Source: a virus
Direction: 5' to 3' (one strand)
Length of the DNA stretch: 64,000 nucleotides
Virus record (IMG/VR): IMGVR_UViG_3300027798_000020
Span: 1 to 64,000 of that record
Below the pieces are notes generated by a model. It had not been told where the DNA came from. It was given only the letters and a program-made list of their open reading frames with translations, and made no database searches. The position numbers were made by a program, and so were the translations under genes. Positions 1-6,118 of this stretch are shown here, piece after piece (position 1 is the first letter of the stretch; each line of letters begins with the position of its first letter).

Positions 1-12
1 ACCACCAAATAT

Positions 13-86
13 ACCCGGATAGTTAAATGGTATAACAATCGGCTGATAACCGGTCATTACAGGTTCAATTCCTGTTCTGGGTACCA
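13..86 (+). tRNA. tRNA-Ile(GAT)
   Basis: Acceptor acccgga/tctgggt, anticodon arm atcgg-ctGATaa-ccggt, T-loop ttcaatt, encoded CCA. Confidence 0.93.
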
Positions 87-109
87 ATTGTTTTCATAAG
101 TAAATTTAT

Positions 110-135
110 GCACCGTTAGATCAGTTGGTTAGATT
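110..135 (+). pseudogene. 5' fragment (acceptor strand + D arm) of a split tRNA, probably tRNA-Asp
   Basis: gcaccgt-ta-gatc-agttggtta-gatt; gcaccgt is the exact complement of acggtgc at 640-646. Confidence 0.8.
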
Positions 136-163
136 GGCTAAATAAAGTTAGGAGAACTAACCT

Positions 164-547
164 ATGCCAATTGCTAACTGTATTAACTGCGAAAAAGAAT
201 TTAGATGGATGCCATCGCAAAAGTCTGGAAAGTATTGTTGTAGTCCCTGTCAGATTGAACATAGACTAAATGAAGCTATTGCTTCTGGCAATTACACAAA
301 GAACAATGCAAAAACTTACTTTAAACGCAACACGCCATATAAGTGTTCTTGTTGTGGTATAAGCGAGTGGAACGGCAACCCCATCGTTTTACAAATTGAT
401 CATATTGATGGTAATAATTCCAATGATGTGATTGAAAACTATCGTTACTTATGTCCTAACTGTCATACTCAGACTGACACCTGGGGAGTTAAAAATGCCA
501 GTGAAGAAGGTAGGTTGCGAATGAGTAAGAAAAAATTGGTCTCATAG
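164..547 (+). CDS. HNH homing endonuclease-like protein with N-terminal Cys-rich Zn-binding motifs
   Basis: CxxC...CCSxxC N-terminus; CSCC...IDHIDGNNSND...N...LCPNCH HNH signature; AGGAG RBS at 150-154. Confidence 0.9.
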   Translation: MPIANCINCEKEFRWMPSQKSGKYCCSPCQIEHRLNEAIASGNYTKNNAKTYFKRNTPYKCSCCGISEWNGNPIVLQIDHIDGNNSNDVIENYRYLCPNCHTQTDTWGVKNASEEGRLRMSKKKLVS

Positions 548-612
548 TATATCGGTTAGTATAATGGCCTGTCACGCCGTAGGGACGAGTTCGATTCTCG
601 TTGAGACCGCCA
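538..612 (+). tRNA. tRNA-Asp(GTC)
   Basis: Acceptor ggtctca/tgagacc, G73, atggc-ctGTCac-gccgt, CCA; 5' end overlaps the last codons of the HNH ORF. Confidence 0.93.
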
Positions 613-618
613 ATTTTG

Positions 619-650
619 CGCCAGGGGTTCAAGTCCCCTACGGTGCGCCA
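619..650 (+). pseudogene. 3' fragment (T arm + acceptor strand + CCA) of the split tRNA
   Basis: agggg-ttcaagt-cccct T arm, acggtgc, G73, CCA, with no D or anticodon arm directly upstream. Confidence 0.8.
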
Positions 651-653
651 AAT

Positions 654-848
654 CCCGTTAGCACAGAACGTTATCTGTGTCGCTGGCTCGGCGTTATAGG
701 GGCCGGGGGCGGCCAACCGTTAAGAAGGATTCCAAAGACGTAACATGGACTCGAACCGCTGAGTAGAATTGCAACTACGCAGATATCAAAACGCAATGAC
801 AGGGTGTGCAACTCAAGTAAGGGCGACGTGGAAGTTGTAGCTTACACA
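654..848 (+). ncRNA. Structured non-coding RNA (copy A), unknown class
   Basis: GC-rich, multiple hairpins; 5' and 3' modules resemble 5638-5840 with compensatory changes. Confidence 0.65.
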
Positions 849-855
849 GAATAAT

Positions 856-929
856 GTATCTCTAATGTAATGGCAGCATGACAGTCTCCAAAACTGTTCG
901 TCGGGGTTCGAGTCCCTGGAGGTACGCCA
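856..929 (+). tRNA. tRNA-Trp(CCA)
   Basis: acagt-ctCCAaa-actgt, cloverleaf, CCA. Confidence 0.93.
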
Positions 930-934
930 ATAAT

Positions 935-1008
935 GCGGGTATGATGTAATGGTAACCTGAAACCTTGCCAAGGTTTATTCGCGAGTTCGATTCTCGCTAC
1001 CCGCTCCA
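935..1008 (+). tRNA. tRNA-Gly(GCC)
   Basis: aaacc-ttGCCaa-ggttt, U73, CCA. Confidence 0.93.
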
Positions 1009-1069
1009 TTCAAGATTTGTTGACAGCGTTGTATACTAACACTATATAAATGTAAGGAAGGTCTACACT

Positions 1070-1441
1070 ATGTTAAAATCATTTATTAAAGCAAAACTAC
1101 ATCGAGTTGCAGTCACTGATGCCAATTTAAATTATATCGGTAGTATTACTATCGATGAAAAACTAATGAAGGCAGCAGGCATTGAAGCATTTGAATATGT
1201 TCATGTAAATAATCTAAGTAATGCCGCTCATTGGGAAACCTATGTTATTCCCGGCAAGGATGGTGAGATAATTCTCAACGGGCCACCTAGTAGATTATTT
1301 CAACCAAACGATCTTGTAGTGGTACTAAGTATGGTTACACTTCAACCCGGTGAAACTGCAACACATCGAACTGTATTTGTTGATAATCAAAATCACGTCA
1401 CTGAAGTAATGACAGGTGATATTAAATTTGATGCAGTGTAA
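1070..1441 (+). CDS. panD: Aspartate 1-decarboxylase (pyruvoyl-dependent)
   Basis: KLHR..VT.A.LNY.GSITID self-cleavage motif, ETYVI, LNG; typical length. Confidence 0.92.
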   Translation: MLKSFIKAKLHRVAVTDANLNYIGSITIDEKLMKAAGIEAFEYVHVNNLSNAAHWETYVIPGKDGEIILNGPPSRLFQPNDLVVVLSMVTLQPGETATHRTVFVDNQNHVTEVMTGDIKFDAV

Positions 1442-1622
1442 TCATTTAAAAGAGATAGGTTCTAATTACCTATCGCATCTAAAAGTAGCTGTAAAACTAT
1501 CATGCTATAGTTTTATGGCTGCATTAGCTTTTCTTATTCATTCTCTCCTGCCATGTGTATTCACGCACACTGGCAGCAATCTTATTAACCGTGTTCTAGA
1601 GATATTAGAACATAGAAAATAA
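1431..1622 (+). CDS. Small membrane protein (DUF6356-like)
   Basis: HL.E.G..YL.H...A...IH.L.P..F..TGS pattern with one hydrophobic segment. Confidence 0.6.
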   Translation: MQCNHLKEIGSNYLSHLKVAVKLSCYSFMAALAFLIHSLLPCVFTHTGSNLINRVLEILEHRK

Positions 1623-1633
1623 ATTCAATCTTT

Positions 1634-1708
1634 AGTTCCTTAGCTCAGCGGTAGAGCAGTACGTTGACATCGTGAAGGTCACAAGTTCAAACCTTGTAGG
1701 AACTACCA
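1634..1708 (+). tRNA. tRNA-Val(GAC)
   Basis: agttcct/aggaact acceptor, loop ttGACat, CCA. Confidence 0.9.
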
Positions 1709-1715
1709 AACTTTT

Positions 1716-1836
1716 CCCGCTTTGGTGTAATGGTAGCACACGTATATAAAGGTTATCCTGTCAAGGATACAGTCAGCAATATACAACATTCCATGTCAAG
1801 GACGAGATCGTGGTTCGAATCCACGGGGCGGGGCCA
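1716..1836 (+). ncRNA. tRNA-Asp-like RNA with a ~47-nt insertion in the anticodon stem carrying the CAGCAA stem motif
   Basis: Acceptor cccgctt/gggcggg, G73, CCA, D and T arms intact; anticodon stem cgt|cc-atGTCaa-ggacg is interrupted by 1744-1790. Confidence 0.8.
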
Positions 1837-1842
1837 ATCAAT

Positions 1843-1916
1843 GTTGTTCCTAGTGTAGTGGTCGCACAACTGTCTGTGAAACAGTTAGAGAGGGTTCGAT
1901 TCCCCGGTTCAACCCA
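1843..1916 (+). tRNA. tRNA-His(GTG)
   Basis: actgt-ctGTGaa-acagt; G-1:C73 extended acceptor with two U-U mismatches; CCA. Confidence 0.88.
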
Positions 1917-1924
1917 ATTAAATT

Positions 1925-2016
1925 GCCAGCGAGACTTGGAAGTCAGAGAGGTTTTATAAACCTTTTAGCGCCAGATTAGCGTTCTTGAGAGGGTTCGATC
2001 CCCTCCGCTGGTACCA
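1925..2016 (+). tRNA. Atypical tRNA with TAT (Ile) anticodon, long variable arm and minimal D loop
   Basis: gccagcg/cgctggt, gaggt-ttTATaa-acctt, V-arm agcgc/gcgtt, T arm gaggg-ttcgatc-ccctc, CCA. Confidence 0.8.
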
Positions 2017-2194
2017 ATTAAAGATTGTTAATAAAGCGCAATGCCTTGTTAACATTAGTGAAGTATTGCATTTCAAAGTAAGTGTTATCGTACACATCTT
2101 GTACCATAACGCAACATACACCTTCGTACAAACAAAGATGAAAATATAATCCTTGCGGAGTTATGTGTTCGTAAGTCTTCACAAAAATATTTAT

Positions 2195-2271
2195 GCCCCG
2201 TTACGCTAATTGGTAGTGCGGATTCTCTCAAAAGGAGTTGGCTGTCTGTTCGAATCAGACACGGGGTACCA
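2195..2271 (+). tRNA. tRNA with CAA (Leu) anticodon but short variable loop
   Basis: gccccgt/acggggt, attct-ctCAAaa-ggagt, 5-nt variable region, CCA. Confidence 0.85.
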
Positions 2272-2277
2272 CACATT

Positions 2278-2352
2278 CGGGCTTTGGTGAAATGGATATC
2301 ATTTCGGTCTTCGAAACCGACGGTGGGAGTTCGATCCTCTCAAGCCCGGCCA
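2278..2352 (+). tRNA. tRNA-Arg(TCG)
   Basis: tcggt-ctTCGaa-accga, CCA. Confidence 0.92.
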
Positions 2353-2353
2353 T

Positions 2354-2427
2354 GCTCTTATAGGTAAATGGTAGACCGCCTCTTTGGTATGGAGGTAATG
2401 AAAGTTCGATTCTTTCTAAGAGCACCA
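2354..2427 (+). tRNA. tRNA-Thr(GGT)
   Basis: cctct-ttGGTat-ggagg, CCA. Confidence 0.9.
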
Positions 2428-2456
2428 AAATAGTTTAAAAATAGTTCAAAATGTTG

Positions 2457-2485
2457 TTGACAAACAATGTGGTATACTATATAAT
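2457..2485 (+). promoter_or_regulatory. sigma70-type promoter
   Basis: TTGACA-N17-TATAAT perfect consensus. Confidence 0.85.
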
Positions 2486-2491
2486 ACATAC

Positions 2492-2530
2492 ATGCGCTGA
2501 TAAAACAGTTGCATAAAATGTTCTTTAAAA
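2492..2530 (+). promoter_or_regulatory. rrn-like antitermination leader (hairpin + boxA-like)
   Basis: Hairpin 2492-2514 followed by TGTTCTTTAAAA, close to rrn boxA TGCTCTTTAACA. Confidence 0.6.
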
Positions 2531-2545
2531 ATTTAATTTAGCAAT

Positions 2546-2620
2546 GACGCTATCGTCTATCGGTTAGGACACTAGGTTTTCATCCTGGCAAGCGGGGTTC
2601 GATTCCCCGTAGCGTCTCCA
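2546..2620 (+). tRNA. tRNA-Glu(TTC)
   Basis: ctagg-ttTTCat-cctgg, CCA. Confidence 0.92.
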
Positions 2621-2763
2621 TTGTTAAGTGTTATAAGGTATCGTGTAGGGACGCTTACACTATTCGGGTCAAAGCTGCCGGCGACTGATCCTGAAATAAC
2701 TGCATCGGCATTGAGTATGTTTAGCGACTATCTCAGAATTTGCACATAACACTTAACAATGGA
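2617..2763 (+). ncRNA. Structured element closed by an 18-bp perfect inverted repeat
   Basis: tccattgttaagtgttat (2617-2634) / ataacacttaacaatgga (2746-2763), enclosing three hairpins and a possible pseudoknot. Confidence 0.6.
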
Positions 2764-2772
2764 AAGTTTATT

Positions 2773-2856
2773 GCCCAGGTGGTGGAATGGTATACACGGT
2801 GGTCTTAGAAGCCACTGCCGCAAGGATTGAGAGTTCGAGTCTCTCCCTGGGCACCA
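2773..2856 (+). tRNA. tRNA-Leu(TAG)
   Basis: gtggt-ctTAGaa-gccac, variable arm, CCA. Confidence 0.93.
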
Positions 2857-2862
2857 ATATAT

Positions 2863-2951
2863 GGAGATGCGGCTACGATGGTGGAGTGGCCCCGGACTGT
2901 AAATCCGGTACTTAAGAAACGCAATAGGTTCGAATCCTATCATCTCCACCA
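2863..2951 (+). tRNA. tRNA-Tyr(GTA)
   Basis: ccgga-ctGTAaa-tccgg, long variable region, CCA. Confidence 0.92.
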
Positions 2952-2958
2952 GTAATAA

Positions 2959-3048
2959 GGAAGCGTGGCAGAGTCCGGCTTATTGCAACAGTCTTGAAAA
3001 CTGTCGGCTCGAAAGGGTCCGTGAGTTCGAATCTCACCGCTTCCACCA
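2959..3048 (+). tRNA. tRNA-Ser(TGA)
   Basis: acagt-ctTGAaa-actgt, long V arm, CCA. Confidence 0.93.
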
Positions 3049-3053
3049 AACAT

Positions 3054-3138
3054 GCGAGTATGGAGAAATTGGTATACTCAAGAGACTTAAAATCTCTCGT
3101 CGAAAGGCATGCCGGTTCGACCCCGGCTACTCGCACCA
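3054..3138 (+). tRNA. tRNA-Leu(TAA)
   Basis: agaga-ctTAAaa-tctct, V arm, CCA. Confidence 0.93.
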
Positions 3139-3146
3139 TAGTTAAA

Positions 3147-3232
3147 GGAAGACTCCCATAATGGTATTGGAGCGGCTTGCTAAGCCGTCGATCGGCAACG
3201 GTTTCGGGGTTCGAGTCCCCGGTCTTCCGCCA
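3147..3232 (+). tRNA. tRNA-Ser(GCT)
   Basis: gcggc-ttGCTaa-gccgt, V arm, CCA. Confidence 0.92.
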
Positions 3233-3248
3233 CATAAAGGAACGCAAT

Positions 3249-3401
3249 ATGCCAATGTATGAAACAACTGTTAGAACACCACAAGGTGAAGAAAAGAAAA
3301 GAATCTATGCGGATACACCGCAAGAGGCTAAAAAACTTTTTGAACAACTGTATGGTGGACCAAGAGCAGTTCCCTACATTCCACATATTATTCCAAGTTA
3401 G
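3249..3401 (+). CDS. Small hypothetical protein (50 aa)
   Basis: AAGGA RBS then MPMYETTVRTPQGEEKK...; fills the gap between two tRNAs. Confidence 0.7.
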   Translation: MPMYETTVRTPQGEEKKRIYADTPQEAKKLFEQLYGGPRAVPYIPHIIPS

Positions 3402-3407
3402 TATTAT

Positions 3408-3483
3408 TCCCCAGTAGCACAGCGGTAGTTGCACTTGACTGTTAATCAAGGTGTCCGTGGTTCGATCCCACGCTGGGGAGCCA
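3408..3483 (+). tRNA. tRNA-Asn(GTT)
   Basis: cttga-ctGTTaa-tcaag, CCA. Confidence 0.93.
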
Positions 3484-3484
3484 A

Positions 3485-4267
3485 TTAAAAGTAATGTTTG
3501 AGATCGTGTTCCCACATTTGATCTGCAACTATTTTATGAGTTTGAGGTCCGGGGTGCATGTTGTCCCTCCCATTATCAACTTTGTCAGGAAATTTAAAAT
3601 TTATTTTTCTAAAACGTCGATACTTATTAATAAAAGGATCTATTTTAGAATCTTCAACTTTGAGCGACCAAGAACAATAATGAATGTAGGCGTTGTATTT
3701 CTCTGCTAATAAGTCTAGAATACATAAACTACGGTCAGCTTGAAATAGAGCGTTTTGTTCGTCTACTAATAACGGCTCAAAACTTTCGTGCCCGTGGTGT
3801 CCTGGCATCCAGTCAACTATTTCGCCGGACGGTTTGACAATTTGTCTTCTAGTCCAAGGCGGCCGCATAAAGATTATATGACGGGGTCTTATAGCATCAC
3901 CGTGCTCAGATAAAAATGATGCTTGAGTATCTATGCCAGCGGCACCCACTGCAAAGTTCCAGTATGGTATATCCTTGCCTGTTTTTGCTCGAATCTTTTC
4001 AAGTATTTGATAAGCCCAGGTTGCTTCCTTAGGTACTCCTGTACCTTCAGTAAAGCTACATCCAAGAAACAGTATCGGTAAAGGACTAGGTAAATTAAAT
4101 TCGTCACATCTAAATCCGTAACTGTTAAATTGATAACCAAATGAGGTAGGTGTATAAGGATTAGGGCCGTATTGTCCTTCTTCTTTATATGCTTCCAGAT
4201 TATCAGAAGGACACCAGTTAAAATAACAGTTCCTTCGATCGTGTATTCGTCGATTAAAAAATTGCAT
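3485..4267 (-). CDS. SGNH/GDSL-like hydrolase-fold protein
   Basis: FLGCSFTEG block I and C-terminal D..HPG. Confidence 0.6.
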   Translation of the reverse strand: MQFFNRRIHDRRNCYFNWCPSDNLEAYKEEGQYGPNPYTPTSFGYQFNSYGFRCDEFNLPSPLPILFLGCSFTEGTGVPKEATWAYQILEKIRAKTGKDIPYWNFAVGAAGIDTQASFLSEHGDAIRPRHIIFMRPPWTRRQIVKPSGEIVDWMPGHHGHESFEPLLVDEQNALFQADRSLCILDLLAEKYNAYIHYCSWSLKVEDSKIDPFINKYRRFRKINFKFPDKVDNGRDNMHPGPQTHKIVADQMWEHDLKHYF

Positions 4268-4290
4268 CTAATATTTATAAAGGAAAAAAA

Positions 4291-4467
4291 ATGAAACCAA
4301 CTTCAGCGTATAAAATGAGTGGGCTAACTAAAATGATGTTAGCATCCACAGGATTTCGCAATATAGAAGATCGTAATGCATGGAAACGTGCAATGATTGA
4401 AGCAGAACTATCTGCAGAATCTGCACGTAGAACCAATAGTAAAAGTAAAAGTAAAACACCAGAATAA
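4291..4467 (+). CDS. Small hypothetical protein (58 aa, MKPTSAYKMS...)
   Basis: AAGGA RBS, open frame; below the ORF-track length cutoff. Confidence 0.65.
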   Translation: MKPTSAYKMSGLTKMMLASTGFRNIEDRNAWKRAMIEAELSAESARRTNSKSKSKTPE

Positions 4468-4475
4468 ATAGTTGC

Positions 4476-4551
4476 CGCGGGGAGGGTCCGGTCACCAGCG
4501 AGGTCTCATAAGCCTTTGCCGTCCTTGGTTCAAATCCAAGCCCCGCAACCA
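4476..4551 (+). tRNA. tRNA-Met(CAT), initiator-like
   Basis: C1:A72 mismatch, cgcgggg/ccccgca, loop ctCATaa, CCA; lacks the full three G:C anticodon-stem pairs. Confidence 0.82.
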
Positions 4552-4556
4552 GTTTT

Positions 4557-4632
4557 GGGGGTGTAGCTCATTTGGGAGAGCGCCTGCTTTGCAAGCAGGA
4601 TGTAGCAAGTTCGATCCTTGTCACCTCCACCA
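4557..4632 (+). tRNA. tRNA-Ala(TGC)
   Basis: G3:U70, cctgc-ttTGCaa-gcagg, CCA. Confidence 0.94.
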
Positions 4633-4684
4633 CAAACACCATTACACACAATGTATGGTGTGATAAGTAGTGTGTAATAAATTT

Positions 4685-4759
4685 GCCCTTATAGCTCAGT
4701 GGTAGAGCAGCCGCCTTGTAAGCGGCAGGTCCTGTGTTCAAATCATAGTGGGGGCACCA
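4685..4759 (+). tRNA. tRNA-Thr(TGT)
   Basis: gccgc-ctTGTaa-gcggc, CCA. Confidence 0.93.
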
Positions 4760-4774
4760 TTTTAAAGAGTCTTT

Positions 4775-5485
4775 ATGTCAATAACTGTATACTGGGCACC
4801 AAATTACGAATTTGGAAATATTGATTGGAACATGTTGTATGCCGATCCAATAAGTGTATTTGACAAACAGATAGAACAAAAAACAACTGTGGACAAATGG
4901 GACAGTATGTTTTACTGCCCGGCATTTAAAAATCTAACTAAGAATACATTAGAATTTAAAAATCCACTAGCATCCACTTTCCTGTTTGATGAGCAGGGTA
5001 ATGTAACTCCTAGTAAAAATGGTATGACTGCACAAACTGTAAGACAACCTAATATCAAAGATAGGTTCTTACTAGAGTATGGTATTACACCAATTTTCTT
5101 TTCTGATGCAGATATTTCTGTTACAATGACTTCTCCTTGGTTGGAAACGCCACAGTGGGCAAGTCAAGCTAACATTGTGCCAGGAAGATACAATATTGGA
5201 AAATGGTTCCGTGCAGTAAACATCGAGTTTATGATGGGGCAGGGTATTAAAGAACTAACAATTGAAAAAGATGAGCCGTTAGCCTATTTTACGTTTAACA
5301 CCGATGAGCATGTAAAGTTTGTGAGATTTAAAATGGATCCAGAACTACGTAGGTACTCTGTATCCTGTGCAACATCGACTAGTTGGGAACCTTGGATTCC
5401 CTTAGCTGATAGGTACCGCAGATTTCAAGAGTCGAGGATGAGAAGTATAATCTTAAAAAAGATTAAAGAAAATATTGTTGAGTAG
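4775..5485 (+). CDS. Hypothetical protein
   Basis: 236-aa ORF, no recognised motif. Confidence 0.75.
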   Translation: MSITVYWAPNYEFGNIDWNMLYADPISVFDKQIEQKTTVDKWDSMFYCPAFKNLTKNTLEFKNPLASTFLFDEQGNVTPSKNGMTAQTVRQPNIKDRFLLEYGITPIFFSDADISVTMTSPWLETPQWASQANIVPGRYNIGKWFRAVNIEFMMGQGIKELTIEKDEPLAYFTFNTDEHVKFVRFKMDPELRRYSVSCATSTSWEPWIPLADRYRRFQESRMRSIILKKIKENIVE

Positions 5486-5499
5486 CAATTGGAGATAGC

Positions 5500-5637
5500 A
5501 TGAAGATCAAAGAAACTCTCGATAAAGCGTATGGCAACGTACCGCGTGAAACTACAATCCTATTTGATCTTTCGTGGATACAAACTCGAAGCATTAAATA
5601 TTATTGGATAAGATTTAAACGATTATTTACAAGATAA
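5500..5637 (+). CDS. Small hypothetical protein (45 aa)
   Basis: GGAG RBS, MKIKETLDKAYGNVPRET... Confidence 0.55.
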   Translation: MKIKETLDKAYGNVPRETTILFDLSWIQTRSIKYYWIRFKRLFTR

Positions 5638-5840
5638 CCCGGGTTACACTTTGTACTGTTAATTAAAGTGGGTAATTGCCAATACCATAAGAGCACGGCG
5701 CATTGGATCTGCCGCAAGGCCCGCTATATGGGCGACTTGAGAAATCACAAAGGCGGGGACGCTATCCCGTCTAAATGGAAAAGAACGTGGACGGGGTAAC
5801 CACCCAGTCTAGGGCCTATGTGGTGTAGGTAGCTAGACAC
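5638..5840 (+). ncRNA. Structured non-coding RNA (copy B), probable homolog of 654-848
   Basis: Shared 5' cc(g)gtta-cac..gtg hairpin and 3' gacRgggt...gt..ag-gg-[hairpin with gtgg loop]-ag-ct..ac-ac module. Confidence 0.65.
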
Positions 5841-6021
5841 TTTATTAAAACAAACTTAAATCCCTAAAAAGATCAGGTTTGGCATCCCAGTCACTGTGAT
5901 AGGCATAGCCCATATACTTAATACGCCTTAGTTTGTTTTAATAAAGTACATTTAACTTATCTATAAGATAGGTAGGAAGGACAGGGCACCAGCGTTTAGC
6001 AAAAGCCATAAATGTACTTTA
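5839..6021 (+). repeat. Two adjacent elements closed by perfect inverted repeats (18 bp and 13 bp)
   Basis: 5839-5856/5930-5947 and 5942-5954/6009-6021. Confidence 0.75.
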
Positions 6022-6030
6022 CTAAAGTAT

Positions 6031-6104
6031 GCGGGGTTAGTTTAATGGTAAAACAGCAGATTTCCAATCTTCGGTCGAGAGTTCGATTCTCTCACTCCGC
6101 TCCA
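6031..6104 (+). tRNA. tRNA-Gly(TCC)
   Basis: Loop ttTCCaa, U73, CCA. Confidence 0.9.
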
Positions 6105-6118
6105 TTTATTGAGGCAAT

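Noticed and set aside
136-618. Group I intron carrying the HNH gene
   Set aside because: The interval is fully occupied by the ORF and an intact tRNA, leaving no room for a ribozyme core, and the host tRNA anticodon arm is missing.
654-848. tmRNA or RNase P RNA
   Set aside because: No tRNA-Ala-like ends with a T arm and CCA, and no GAGGAAAGUCC-type RNase P signature.
1744-1790. Self-splicing group I intron in a tRNA
   Set aside because: Only 47 nt, no catalytic core, and it lies in the anticodon stem rather than the loop.
489-4663. ORF-track entries over tRNA genes (489-716, 2085-2276, 2728-2949, 2912-3247, 3180-3515, 4472-4663, and the 5' extension of 3177-3401)
   Set aside because: Shadow frames of tRNA/ncRNA genes with no RBS or protein motif.
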